From Oscillospiraceae bacterium (GTDB lineage: Bacteria > Bacillota > Clostridia > Oscillospirales > JAAYXM01): a DNA stretch of 62,145 nucleotides. A program made the translations under genes and the position numbers. The stretch covers positions 1-62,145 of the forward strand of contig JAFYPW010000082.1 of the NCBI GenBank assembly GCA_017559985.1, read 5' to 3'. Below the pieces are notes generated by a model. It saw only the letters and a list, made by a program, of their open reading frames with translations. It made no database searches and had not been told where the DNA came from. Position 1 is the first letter of the stretch. Every line of letters starts with the position of its first letter. This document shows positions 1-8,975 of this stretch, piece by piece.

Positions 1-8
1 ATATATCT

Positions 9-44
9 AAAAGAAGCCGCACTTTCAGAGTGCGGCTTCTTTTA
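9..44. terminator. Rho-independent hairpin (gaagccgca / tgcggcttc) with A/T runs on both sides, downstream of the minus-strand gene at 59-682
   Basis: Perfect 9-bp GC-rich stem at 13-21/31-39, followed by tttt on the plus strand and preceded by aaaa. Confidence 0.75.
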
Positions 45-58
45 ATACTTAATATAAA

Positions 59-682
59 TTACTCTGCTTTGTCTGCCTCTGCTGTAAAAGGTGATGAAGA
101 AGCTTTTATTTTGTTATAAAAGTTAGCATATGTAACCTGTTGATAGGGGAAAACCCATATTCCGGCGATGCCAAAGGTGAGAGCGACAAGGAGCCACCAA
201 CCGATGAAAGAAAGACCCAAAACAAAATAATCAAGCTTGTGTCCGCGCATCATTTCCTCAGAGCGTGCTATTGCTTCCAGAGCGCCCATACCTTCGTTTT
301 CAGCGAGAATATACATTGACATTGAATATGCAATTCCCTTGATGATGCCCGGTATAATTAAGAGAAAAGACCATAAAAGGACAAACAGCCCTGTGAAAAA
401 GGAGACTTTGAATGCTCCCCAAAAGTTGCTGTAACCGGAAAAAAGATCCTTCACCATAGGTTCAACGCCTTTTGTAACATCAAGGTATATTATACAGAAG
501 CTCAGAGAAAGCGGCGCAGATACAAAAATGAATAAAGCCCAAGCCCCTAAAACCGGTACGAAGCCGGAAATAAAAGAAGCGGCAAAACAGATCAAACTGT
601 ATAGTAGACTGATAACAAAAAGTATGCCTATTTTACCCTTAATCTGTTGCTTCGCAACACTTTTGATTTCTGATCTGTTCAT
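59..682 (-). CDS. DUF975-family integral membrane protein
   Basis: 207-aa ORF with several hydrophobic helices. The N-terminal R.EIK..AK.QIKGK pattern resembles DUF975. Confidence 0.65.
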   Translation of the reverse strand: MNRSEIKSVAKQQIKGKIGILFVISLLYSLICFAASFISGFVPVLGAWALFIFVSAPLSLSFCIIYLDVTKGVEPMVKDLFSGYSNFWGAFKVSFFTGLFVLLWSFLLIIPGIIKGIAYSMSMYILAENEGMGALEAIARSEEMMRGHKLDYFVLGLSFIGWWLLVALTFGIAGIWVFPYQQVTYANFYNKIKASSSPFTAEADKAE

Positions 683-746
683 AAAGCATTCTCCTTTTTA
701 TGTGTTATATTGGCCTTTACAATATATCACATAAAGGCGGTTTTTG

Positions 747-1295
747 TCAAGTGCGCACGGGCTCGCCGTTTTCTGATATTCCTATTATTCCGTAAAGCTC
801 GCCCGAAATTTCGCAAGGGGTGAGAAGGCAGAGAACATCGGGGCGGGGGAAAGGTTTTTTCGTAAGCAGAGGGATGGCGAGCTTCGTCGGAGAGTTGCTG
901 TCGTTTGAGAGTGTTCCTTGTGACTTTGCAAGCGCGCAGAGTATTTTGTTTCCCGAAAGAACTTCGGGAAAATCCGACAGTCTTTCCCATTTGTCCGGAA
1001 GCTCATCTTCAAGGCGTGTGTCGGACAGGACAAAAGCATATGTAATATCTTCAAAAGTAAGCCCTGTCCCCAAAAGTGCAGTTTCAGAAACCGTTTTCTT
1101 TGCTGAGAATGCCGCACCGTCGGGTGAGAGTACGCCGACAAGGAGTGTGCCGCCATGGCCTCTTACATAGGCTCGCAGAAGGCCTTCGTGGCTTGTGTAT
1201 GTCTTTGCAAAAAAGTAAGTGTAAAGCCCCTCTTGCCTTGCGATAAGAGAGCCGATTACGGATGGACCGAGATATAGCGGGAGAGTTTTTTCCAT
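747..1295 (-). CDS. Hypothetical protein (no family recognised)
   Basis: 182-aa ORF with a good SD (ataggaggtatt-ATG). It is longer than the competing overlapping frames. Confidence 0.6.
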   Translation of the reverse strand: MEKTLPLYLGPSVIGSLIARQEGLYTYFFAKTYTSHEGLLRAYVRGHGGTLLVGVLSPDGAAFSAKKTVSETALLGTGLTFEDITYAFVLSDTRLEDELPDKWERLSDFPEVLSGNKILCALAKSQGTLSNDSNSPTKLAIPLLTKKPFPRPDVLCLLTPCEISGELYGIIGISENGEPVRT

Positions 1296-1318
1296 AATAC
1301 CTCCTATAAGACGGAAAC

Positions 1319-1347
1319 AAGCCGCAAAGCAGTTTTTGCTTTGCGGC
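1319..1347 (-). terminator. Hairpin terminator after the gene at 1367-1987
   Basis: aagccgcaaagc / gctttgcggctt stem located between two minus-strand genes. Confidence 0.6.
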
Positions 1348-1366
1348 TTATCGTTTGTTTTAGTTA

Positions 1367-1987
1367 TTAGTTAATCGTGTAAGGACCGCGCACGAGAAGT
1401 GTCGCGTTTGATGTTGCCTTAACGCCTCTGCCATCGACCGTGCAGAGGTAGAGGTGGTTAACTTCGAGAGCGTTGCCGCCGGCGAGGTTTGCGCCTGTTG
1501 TCATATCGATAAGACCGGGAGTGCCGGAGGAAACACAGGTTGCAGTGCCGAGACGCAGAAGAACCTCACAGCCCACTTTTGCGGTTATTGTCTGACCGGA
1601 GGTGAGCTTTACGAGAGCAAAGGTTGAGCTCTCTCCGCCCTGGTTTCCGACCTTCTGGGCAACAGCTTCTGCAACGTTTGCAACAAACGAGTCTGTCACA
1701 ATCTCGTCTGCGCTCTTTGAGGTGTACTGGGAAATCTTATCGTCAATCTCCGAGGAAATCGAAGCTACTTTTTTGTCAAGCTCCGTGCCGAGTCCGTCTG
1801 TTTTCTCGGCAATGATTTCGTCTACCTTTTCGGAAATCTGCGGTGCAAGAACGTTGTTTATGTAACTAAGGCTGACCAGCGGGTCGTCCGAAGTTCCATA
1901 TTCTGCCGCGATTGCTATAAATCCGGCAACAACGAGCACCACGAGGAGAAAAACGGATGTGAGAGCTTTCCATTTCTTTTGTTTCAT
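1367..1987 (-). CDS. Membrane-anchored protein of unknown function (N-terminal TM helix, Asp/Glu/Ser-rich helical region, C-terminal beta-rich domain)
   Basis: 206-aa ORF. The N-terminus is MKQKKWKALTSVFLLVVLVVAGFIAIA. It lies 31 bp downstream of mazF on the same strand. Confidence 0.65.
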   Translation of the reverse strand: MKQKKWKALTSVFLLVVLVVAGFIAIAAEYGTSDDPLVSLSYINNVLAPQISEKVDEIIAEKTDGLGTELDKKVASISSEIDDKISQYTSKSADEIVTDSFVANVAEAVAQKVGNQGGESSTFALVKLTSGQTITAKVGCEVLLRLGTATCVSSGTPGLIDMTTGANLAGGNALEVNHLYLCTVDGRGVKATSNATLLVRGPYTIN

Positions 1988-2018
1988 AAGTTTACTACCT
2001 CCGTAAATTTCTTTTGTA

Positions 2019-2375
2019 TCAGTTTATGGCAAGACCGAAGCTTACTGCTATTGCATCGTCTACGCGGTGCATAAGGTTATCGTCAAGCCTTCCCATTTTT
2101 TCTTTAAGTCGCGTTTTGTCTATTGTTCTCACCTGTTCAAGCAGGACGACGGAGTCTTTTGAGAGACCGAAGTTCTTACCGCCGAGCTCAATATGGGTGG
2201 GAAGCTTTGCTTTGTTTATCTGTGATGTTATTGCCGCGGCGATAACCGTTGGGCTGTGACGGTTGCCGACGTCGTTCTGGATAATCAGAACGGGGCGCAT
2301 ACCGCCCTGCTCGCTGCCGATGACAGGGCTTAAATCAGCGTAGTAGATATCTCCGCGCTTTATGCTGTAATTCAC
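2019..2375 (-). CDS. mazF: Type II toxin, MazF/PemK/EndoA-family mRNA interferase
   Basis: 118 aa with a GTG start. Near-collinear with my recollection of B. subtilis EndoA (RGD.Y.ADLSPV.GSEQGG.RPVL.IQND.GN..SPT...AAIT.Q..KAKLPTH, LLEQ.RTIDK.RL). Confidence 0.9.
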   Translation of the reverse strand: MNYSIKRGDIYYADLSPVIGSEQGGMRPVLIIQNDVGNRHSPTVIAAAITSQINKAKLPTHIELGGKNFGLSKDSVVLLEQVRTIDKTRLKEKMGRLDDNLMHRVDDAIAVSFGLAIN

Positions 2376-2505
2376 TAAAATTCACGCTCCGCAGGAATGT
2401 AGTAGCCGGAAAGCTTTTCCGACAACTATATTTTTCCACAGGCGGGCATATTTTAATCAAGAAAGAAAAAATTTCTAAAATTTCTCATTTCTCCTCCGGA
2501 TTATT

Positions 2506-3657
2506 TTATGCCGGAGAGTTGGTATATGTGCGCTCAACGCGCTTTGAGACTGAGGTAAGGATTTCGTATGTAATCGTCTTTGCAAGGCTTGCGTGTTCGT
2601 AGATAAGCTCGCCGTCAAAAACCGTTGCAACGTCAAACTGTTTTACTTCCGGAATGTCCGTAGCATCGACTGCGATAAGGTCCATACATACGTTTCCCAA
2701 AACCTTCGCGCGCTTGCCGAAAAGCTTTACTTCGCCGCATCTTGAAAGCAGGCGGAAGAAACCGTCGGCATAGCCGCAGGAGAGAATGGCAATTTTCATA
2801 TCCCTCGTCGCGCGTTCCGTGCGGTTATAGCTTATGTAGTCACCCTGTTTTATTTCGCGGACATCAGCAACCGTTGTATAAAGAGTCATTGCCGGGCGAA
2901 GGTCGAGCGGCGATTCGTTTTTTCCCATAGGGGAAATACCGTACAGAATAAGACCGGGACGAACACAGTTTAAATGTGTCTTTTTATAGTTTATCACAGC
3001 CGCACTGTTTGCGCAATGGCAAAATTTAAATGTTGTACCGCGACGGGAAAGTTCATCAAGAACAGCTTCGAATGCGGCAAACTGCTCGTCTGTGAAGCTC
3101 TCGCTTTCTCCGTCAGACTCTGCAAAATGAGTGAAGATACCCTCGGCGCAAAGTGACGGGAGCTTTGTGATTTTTTCTGCTTCGTCCGCTGCGGGAAGCG
3201 AAAATGCGGTGTGTGCGTAGATTCCCATACGCGTCATTCCCGTATCAAGCTTTATATGGATTTTAATTTCGGATGAGGTTTTTTGTAAAGCGTCGGAAAG
3301 AGCTTTCGCGTAAGAATAACTGCCTACTGCCTGAGTGAGACTGTTTTTTGCAAGAAGGTCTGCATATTCGGGCGGAGTTGCGCCGAAAATAAGGATGGGC
3401 AGTGTAATACCGCCTGCTCGAAGTTCTAGCGCCTCGTCAAGACAAGCGACGGCAAGCATTTTTGCTCCGAGCTCGGTATAAAGCCTTGCAAGCTCCACGG
3501 CTCCGTGACCGTAAGCATCGGCTTTTATGACAGTGATTATGTCCGCACCGTCTACGTGGCGCGCAATTTCGCGGAAGTTGTGTTCAATGTTTTTGAGATT
3601 AATCTCTGCAAAAGCTCTTTTCGGAGTGTTCATCTTATGTGTGTTCAGCCCTTTCAA
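2506..3657 (-). CDS. alr: Alanine racemase
   Basis: 383 aa with the PLP-lysine motif VIKADAYGHG and a typical length. Confidence 0.92.
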   Translation of the reverse strand: MKGLNTHKMNTPKRAFAEINLKNIEHNFREIARHVDGADIITVIKADAYGHGAVELARLYTELGAKMLAVACLDEALELRAGGITLPILIFGATPPEYADLLAKNSLTQAVGSYSYAKALSDALQKTSSEIKIHIKLDTGMTRMGIYAHTAFSLPAADEAEKITKLPSLCAEGIFTHFAESDGESESFTDEQFAAFEAVLDELSRRGTTFKFCHCANSAAVINYKKTHLNCVRPGLILYGISPMGKNESPLDLRPAMTLYTTVADVREIKQGDYISYNRTERATRDMKIAILSCGYADGFFRLLSRCGEVKLFGKRAKVLGNVCMDLIAVDATDIPEVKQFDVATVFDGELIYEHASLAKTITYEILTSVSKRVERTYTNSPA

Positions 3658-4225
3658 ATTTGCATTGTATTACGCGCTTTCCGTCTGAAAAAATCTCGGC
3701 AAAAAGCGGTAAAAATTTTTCTTTTGAAAACCAAGTGCGATATTCAAGAATACTTTCTTCCGATGCTTTTTCGGAGATAACAAGGAAACTATCCTGACCG
3801 AATATTTTTGCATTCTGTATTTCTCTGAAATTTCCCTCTTGCCAAACATTCATAAGAGCGGGAAGGGCGGAAAAAGGGGAGAGACCGCTCGCGTCAAGCG
3901 GACCGGTTTCGAGATATGCGCCGTCAAAAGAAAGAGTTCCGCTACCGTCCTGTACCGTTAGCGCGATTCCTTTGACGTCTTCCGGTGCGATTACCGTGAT
4001 ACGCCCCTGTTTTTCTTTTTTATAGATATATTCAAGGGTGTGGGAAGTTTCCCGTGAAGGAAAGCTTGATGTTACGGAAACCGCGTATGTCGCAGACGGA
4101 AGTGTACGGAAGGTTTCCGTAATTTCGTCGCCTGAGGACGTGGGTGCTGCGCAGGAAGCAAATAAAACAAGAAATAAAAGGAAAAGTGCGATAATTCGTT
4201 TCAAGAGCGTCTTTCCACCTCGCAT
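3635..4225 (-). CDS. Lipoprotein, LolA-like/YdcC-like (family assignment tentative)
   Basis: 196 aa with signal peptide and lipobox LFASC. Its position upstream of alr matches B. subtilis ydcC. Confidence 0.55.
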   Translation of the reverse strand: MRGGKTLLKRIIALFLLFLVLFASCAAPTSSGDEITETFRTLPSATYAVSVTSSFPSRETSHTLEYIYKKEKQGRITVIAPEDVKGIALTVQDGSGTLSFDGAYLETGPLDASGLSPFSALPALMNVWQEGNFREIQNAKIFGQDSFLVISEKASEESILEYRTWFSKEKFLPLFAEIFSDGKRVIQCKFERAEHT

Positions 4226-5016
4226 ATAGCAGATTTGAGGCTCTCCAACATATCAGACGGAGTCATTGCATATTCGCCGTATTTCTCGGCGGCAATATCA
4301 CCGGCTCTTCCGTGGAGCCACACTCCAATATATGCTGCTCTTTCGGGTGGTATACCCTGACCGATGAGTGATGTAATGATACCTGCAAGGATGTCGCCAC
4401 TGCCGCCTTTTGCCATACCGGGGTTTCCGGTCGTGTTGATGAAAACATCACCGCTTTTTGTGGCAGTAACTGTTCTGTGTCCTTTGAGAACCAGTGTGCA
4501 GCCGTTTTTCTTTGCGAAATTTCCTGCAAATTCTTCGCGGCGGGAACGGTCAAATTCGGGACACAGGCGCAAAAATTCGCCCTCGTGTGGTGTGAGAACA
4601 AGCTCGCGCGGAGAAGAGATAAGAGAAAACTTTTCTCTTGCGATGAGAGTGATTGCGTCGGCATCGCAAACGAGCGGCGCACCGTTTGCCCGAAGCTGGT
4701 TTCGCACAAGGCGAAGGGAACTTCTTTCAAGAGAAAGTCCGCAACCTGCAAGGACAGCGTTAAAGCCTGCGGGGATTCGTTTCCTCGATATCAGGATGGG
4801 CTCGGAGAGCTTTTGTGAGAGAGTCGGGCGTATTTTTTCCGGAACGGAAAGAAAGACAAGCCCGCTTCCTGTGTTCACTGCCGCCTGCGCGGAAAAGAAC
4901 GCAGCTCCCGTGTAGAATTTGCTGCCGCACAGAAGCAGAACTTTTCCGAAATCGCCCTTGTGAGAATCCTCTTTGCGGCGGGGAAGCGATATTTGTTCTC
5001 TGACAATTTCGGTCAT
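4201..5016 (-). CDS. nnrD: ADP-dependent NAD(P)H-hydrate dehydratase (YjeF C-terminal type, stand-alone)
   Basis: 271 aa with the motifs HKGDFG, TPH.GE and GGSGD.LAG. Confidence 0.85.
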   Translation of the reverse strand: MTEIVREQISLPRRKEDSHKGDFGKVLLLCGSKFYTGAAFFSAQAAVNTGSGLVFLSVPEKIRPTLSQKLSEPILISRKRIPAGFNAVLAGCGLSLERSSLRLVRNQLRANGAPLVCDADAITLIAREKFSLISSPRELVLTPHEGEFLRLCPEFDRSRREEFAGNFAKKNGCTLVLKGHRTVTATKSGDVFINTTGNPGMAKGGSGDILAGIITSLIGQGIPPERAAYIGVWLHGRAGDIAAEKYGEYAMTPSDMLESLKSAICEVERRS

Positions 5017-5028
5017 AAAGTCACATCC

Positions 5029-5505
5029 TTATAAAAGCTCAAACAGGTTTACGATATTAACATCCTTGCGCCCGGCATAGTTTACGGTATAAGCCGTGCC
5101 GCTGTTGGGGCGGGAGAGATAACACAAGAGAATGTCAGCCGTATCCACCAGTGCGCGGTTGCGGAGATGCATACAGAACTGGTCGTATTTGTCGGTTATA
5201 TATAAAATCTCATCTGCAAGTGAGATGATGCGTTCGTGTTCCGCGCGGTTTGCAGCAGGCCAACGTGATGTCTGGTTGCGGCAGGGGAGAATCATCCGCA
5301 AAGAAATATTTGCCCCGCTTTCGCGTTTTTCAAGGACACAGCGTGCTGCGAGAAGATCAAAGCCCATTGCCCCACCACTGCAAAAAGTGGAAACGCCCGA
5401 GGCGATAAGGTCATCAATGGTCTTTGAAAGAAGGGCGGGCAGAGTCTCTTTGTGTATTCTGTATATTTGTCTGTGCCCGGAAAAAGAGCACGTCAGATTG
5501 TTCAT
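5029..5505 (-). CDS. DUF1273 / SLOG-superfamily protein (YpsA-like)
   Basis: The FSGHR motif sits near the N-terminus. I prefer the internal ATG at 5505 (SD ggtgg) over the track start at 5658. Confidence 0.6.
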   Translation of the reverse strand: MNNLTCSFSGHRQIYRIHKETLPALLSKTIDDLIASGVSTFCSGGAMGFDLLAARCVLEKRESGANISLRMILPCRNQTSRWPAANRAEHERIISLADEILYITDKYDQFCMHLRNRALVDTADILLCYLSRPNSGTAYTVNYAGRKDVNIVNLFELL

Positions 5506-5586
5506 ATGTACTAACCACCTTATGCGATATATTATAGCATATATTTTCATATAAAAACAGTATTCAAAAATAATTTTATAAAAGTA

Positions 5587-5615
5587 TTTACTTTTTCGGA
5601 AATGTATGATAGAAT
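5587..5615 (+). promoter_or_regulatory. Sigma-A-type promoter candidate for rpsO (TTTACT-17-TAGAAT with TG extension)
   Basis: tttact at 5587-5592, a 17-nt spacer, and tgaTAGAAT ending at 5615. Confidence 0.55.
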
Positions 5616-5621
5616 AACCAA

Positions 5622-5759
5622 GCATGCTAATGTGCCGTAGTTTCGGCCGGCTTTGCACAAATCCCGCGCCGCAGTTTCCGGGTCAATGCCCGATATCGGG
5701 GATGTCACCCGCCGGATACTTCGATGCGAGGAAAATAAAAAAAGAAAGGTGAAAGAAAA
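5622..5759 (+). promoter_or_regulatory. GC-rich structured 5' leader of rpsO (candidate S15 autoregulatory element)
   Basis: About 138 nt between the predicted -10 and the ATG. It contains several short GC hairpins (gccg..cggc, cccgatatcggg) in an otherwise AT-rich intergenic region. Confidence 0.35.
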
Positions 5760-6026
5760 ATGATTCTCAAAGAGAAAAAGACAGAGGTTATCACGAATAA
5801 CCGCCTCCACGACACTGATACAGGTTCTCCGGAGGTACAGATCGCGATCCTCACACAGCGTATTGCAGAGCTCACAGAGCACCTCAAAGTTCACCACAAG
5901 GACAATCATTCCCGCCGTGGACTTCTTAAAATGGTAGGTAAGCGCCGCAGCCTTCTCAACTATCTCCAGAAGAAGGATATCGAGCGTTACCGTGCAATCG
6001 TTGCAAAGCTCGGACTCCGTAAGTAG
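5760..6026 (+). CDS. rpsO: 30S ribosomal protein S15
   Basis: 88 aa with the motifs [35 protein letters not shown]. Confidence 0.97.
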   Translation: MILKEKKTEVITNNRLHDTDTGSPEVQIAILTQRIAELTEHLKVHHKDNHSRRGLLKMVGKRRSLLNYLQKKDIERYRAIVAKLGLRK

Positions 6027-6033
6027 TCTGCAT

Positions 6034-6063
6034 CTCCCCCGGACGGAGCTCCGTCCGGGGGAT
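6034..6063 (+). terminator. Strong GC hairpin after rpsO (attenuator or processing site; no clear U-tract)
   Basis: ctcccccggacgg agct ccgtccgggggat. Confidence 0.5.
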
Positions 6064-6208
6064 TAAATCATCCACGCCGGAGGTCTTTTCAGCAGATGGT
6101 TTTGTTTAGCAATTGGAGCTCTTGCCAAAGCTTTTGACAACGGCTCCAAGTGCTAAACCCACAGCGAAAAGGCTCCTCGGCAAATTAAAATGTAAAGGAG
6201 CGAAAAAA

Positions 6209-8341
6209 ATGAAAGAAATGGTTTTTTCAAAGAACAGAATGTTCGAAACAGAACTTGCCGGCAGAAAGCTTGTAATTGAAACCGGCAAAATGGCAGGCCT
6301 TGCAAACGGCTCCTGCCTTGTCCGCTACGGTGAAACAGTTGTTCTTGTAACGGCGACAGCATCTGACAAGCCGCGTGCAGGCATCGACTTTTTCCCGCTT
6401 GCAGTTGACTTTGAAGAAAGACTCTACTCCGTCGGACGTATCCCCGGAAGCTTTATGCGTCGTGAGGGAAGACCGAGTGAGCGCGCAATCCTCACATCAC
6501 GTCTTATAGACCGTCCTATCCGTCCGCTTTTCCCGAAGGACCTCCGCAATGATGTTGCAGTTTCTATCACGGTTCTCTCCGTCGATAATGACAATGCACC
6601 CGAAATTGCAGGTATGATAGGAACATCCGTAGCTCTCTCAATCTCCGACATTCCGTGGAACGGACCTATCGCAGGCGTTTCAATCGGATATGTTGACGGC
6701 GAGTATGTCGTAAACCCGACAAGCGCTGAGCGCGAGAAGAGCACAATGAGCCTCACTGTTGCAGGTTCTGCCGAGAAGGTTGTTATGATTGAAGCAGGTG
6801 CTGAGCAGATCCCGGAAGATGTTATGTTTGACGCTATTATGCTTGCACACGAAGAGATCAAGAAGATAGTTTCCTTCATATCCGACATTCAGGCAGAAAT
6901 CGGCCTTGAGAAATTCGAATATGACCAGGTTGAGTTTGACAACGAGCTCTTTGAAGAGCTTCGTGCAAATATTCTTGACCGTGTACGTGAGTGCATGGAT
7001 ACAGACGATAAGACAATCCGTGACAAGCGCCTCAAAACCCTTTCCGACGAGCTTATTGAAGAATACTCCGAGAAGTATCCCGAAATGGAGCAGTTCCTCG
7101 GCGAGTGTCTCTATAAGCTTCAGAAGATAGTTGTTCGTCAGTGGCTTCTTGAAGGCAAGCGAGTTGACGGCCGTGCTCTTGACGAAATCCGTCCGCTTGC
7201 AGCAGAAGTAAGTGTTCTTCCGAGAACACACGGCAGCGGTATGTTTACACGCGGTCAGACACAGGTTCTCACGGTTGCAACTCTCGGCACGATTGCAGAT
7301 CAGCAGAAGCTTGACACAATCTACGAAGAAGAGTTCAAGAGATATATCCACCACTATAACTTCCCGTCCTACTCGGTAGGTGAGGCTCGTCCGAGCCGCG
7401 GCCCGGGCCGTCGCGAAATCGGCCACGGTGCTCTTGCAGAGCGCGCACTTGAACCGGTTATTCCGAGCGAAGAGGAATTCCCGTACAGCATCCGTCTTGT
7501 TTCCGAGGTATTGAGCTCCAACGGCTCTACTTCACAGGGTTCTATCTGCGGAAGCACGCTTGCCCTTATGGATGCAGGTGTTCCGATTAAGGCACCGGTT
7601 GCAGGTATCTCCTGCGGTCTTGTTACAGACGAGGATAAGTGGCTCACATTTATCGATATCCAGGGCGTAGAAGACTTCTACGGCGATATGGACTTTAAGG
7701 TTGCAGGTACAAAAGCAGGTATCACGGCTATTCAGATGGACCTCAAAACAGACGGTCTCACACCGGAGATTATCCGCTCTGCGCTTACAATCACACGTGA
7801 TGCAAGATATCAGATTCTCGACGAAATTATGCTCCCGTGCATTGCAGAGCCGAGAAGCGAGCTTTCAAAGTACGCTCCGAAGATGCTCCATATGACGATC
7901 GATCCGGAAAAAATCCGTGACGTTATCGGCAAGGGCGGCAGCGTAATCCAGAAGATCGTTGCAGACACAGGCGCAAAGATTGATATTGAGGATGACGGTA
8001 ATGTTTACATCTCCGCTATCGATTCCTCTGCTTGTGAAAATGCAAAGAAGGTTATCGAGACAATCGTTTTAGACCCTGTTGTCGGCGAGCTTTACTACGG
8101 TAAGGTTGTCCGCATTCTCCCGATAGGTGCATTTGTTGAAATTGCTCCGGGAAAAGACGGAATGGTTCACATCTCAAAGCTTGAAAACCGCAGAGTTGAT
8201 AAGGTTGAAGATGTTCTCAATGTCGGCGATATGACATGGGTTAAGTTTATGGGCATCGACGATAAGGGCAGAACAAACTTCTCCCGTAAGGATGCTTATA
8301 ACGAGCTTGCAAAGCGCGAGCAGGAAAAGACAGAAGAATAA
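6209..8341 (+). CDS. pnp: Polyribonucleotide nucleotidyltransferase (PNPase)
   Basis: Two RNase PH-like domains plus KH and S1 regions. I use the start at ATG 6209 (SD aaaggag) rather than the track start at 6113. Confidence 0.95.
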   Translation: MKEMVFSKNRMFETELAGRKLVIETGKMAGLANGSCLVRYGETVVLVTATASDKPRAGIDFFPLAVDFEERLYSVGRIPGSFMRREGRPSERAILTSRLIDRPIRPLFPKDLRNDVAVSITVLSVDNDNAPEIAGMIGTSVALSISDIPWNGPIAGVSIGYVDGEYVVNPTSAEREKSTMSLTVAGSAEKVVMIEAGAEQIPEDVMFDAIMLAHEEIKKIVSFISDIQAEIGLEKFEYDQVEFDNELFEELRANILDRVRECMDTDDKTIRDKRLKTLSDELIEEYSEKYPEMEQFLGECLYKLQKIVVRQWLLEGKRVDGRALDEIRPLAAEVSVLPRTHGSGMFTRGQTQVLTVATLGTIADQQKLDTIYEEEFKRYIHHYNFPSYSVGEARPSRGPGRREIGHGALAERALEPVIPSEEEFPYSIRLVSEVLSSNGSTSQGSICGSTLALMDAGVPIKAPVAGISCGLVTDEDKWLTFIDIQGVEDFYGDMDFKVAGTKAGITAIQMDLKTDGLTPEIIRSALTITRDARYQILDEIMLPCIAEPRSELSKYAPKMLHMTIDPEKIRDVIGKGGSVIQKIVADTGAKIDIEDDGNVYISAIDSSACENAKKVIETIVLDPVVGELYYGKVVRILPIGAFVEIAPGKDGMVHISKLENRRVDKVEDVLNVGDMTWVKFMGIDDKGRTNFSRKDAYNELAKREQEKTEE

Positions 8342-8351
8342 TTCAATAACT

Positions 8352-8388
8352 AAAAAGCCTTCCGGAAAACTCCGGAAGGCTTTTTTTG
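8352..8388 (+). terminator. Rho-independent terminator of pnp
   Basis: aagccttccgga aaac tccggaaggctt followed by ttttttt. Confidence 0.85.
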
Positions 8389-8432
8389 TTTTAAATACTT
8401 TGAAAAAGGGAAGAATAGAGACGGGTGATTTT

Positions 8433-8975
8433 GTGAAAAAGCTTGTTTTTGTTCTGCTCCCTTTCTTTTTCTTTGCTCAAAATATTTCTGCGATAGTGGC
8501 AGATGATTATTATCTGAATAACCGTCCCGCAATTGAGGTTTCAAACCGCGCGGAAAACATTATGCCAAACACTTTGCGTATGGAGCTGCACGAGGGCGAG
8601 AGCGAGACTGTAACCGTCTCGCTTTTGCCTGAAAAAACGCGGGATAATGCGATTATGTGGCAGCTCCGTGGCGGAGAGGGTGTTGTTGAGATATATCCGG
8701 ATGGAAAAAACTGCACAGTACGCGCAGTAAGCGAAGGGGAAAACATTCTTCTGGCAAGGACTTACGGCGGTGCGGAAACTGAAATTGCAATCCGTATCAT
8801 AAAGCCGCAGGAGACGAGGTTGCGCAATTTCGAGCTTGAAGAAGAGGTTGAAAAAGAAACTGTTTTTACGGAAAAGATAATGCAAAACATAATAAGATTT
8901 CTCATAACGTTTTCGGTTATGCTTATTTTTGCCGCAGTTGTGTTGTATTTAAAAGCGAAGAGAGAAGAGGAATGA
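8433..8975 (+). CDS. Secreted/membrane protein with a bacterial Ig-like (Big_2-like) domain and a C-terminal TM anchor
   Basis: GTG start at 8433, after the pnp terminator. Signal-like N-terminus KKLVFVLLPFFFFAQNISA. The stop overlaps the next start (ATGA). Confidence 0.55.
   Translation: MKKLVFVLLPFFFFAQNISAIVADDYYLNNRPAIEVSNRAENIMPNTLRMELHEGESETVTVSLLPEKTRDNAIMWQLRGGEGVVEIYPDGKNCTVRAVSEGENILLARTYGGAETEIAIRIIKPQETRLRNFELEEEVEKETVFTEKIMQNIIRFLITFSVMLIFAAVVLYLKAKREEE

Noticed and set aside
2376-2505. Mini-ORFs in the alr-mazF gap as a conventional antitoxin (11-aa MRNFRNFFFLD; TTG/GTG frames of up to about 45 aa overlapping the mazF start)
   Set aside because: They are too short, or lack an SD, to be an RHH or AbrB-type MazE. 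I kept them only as speculative non-canonical candidates in the finding above.
6113-6208. N-terminal extensions suggested by the ORF track (pnp from 6113, DUF1273 from 5658, Big_2 protein from 8292, lspA from 54123, spoIIE from 37740, LysR from 10650, and others)
   Set aside because: The extensions overlap upstream genes, terminators or promoters and lack an SD. Internal starts with good SD sequences give N-termini matching the family norms.
6680-7426. 248-aa minus-strand ORF inside pnp
   Set aside because: It is antisense to PNPase. There is no SD, the composition is unnatural, and no motif is recognisable.
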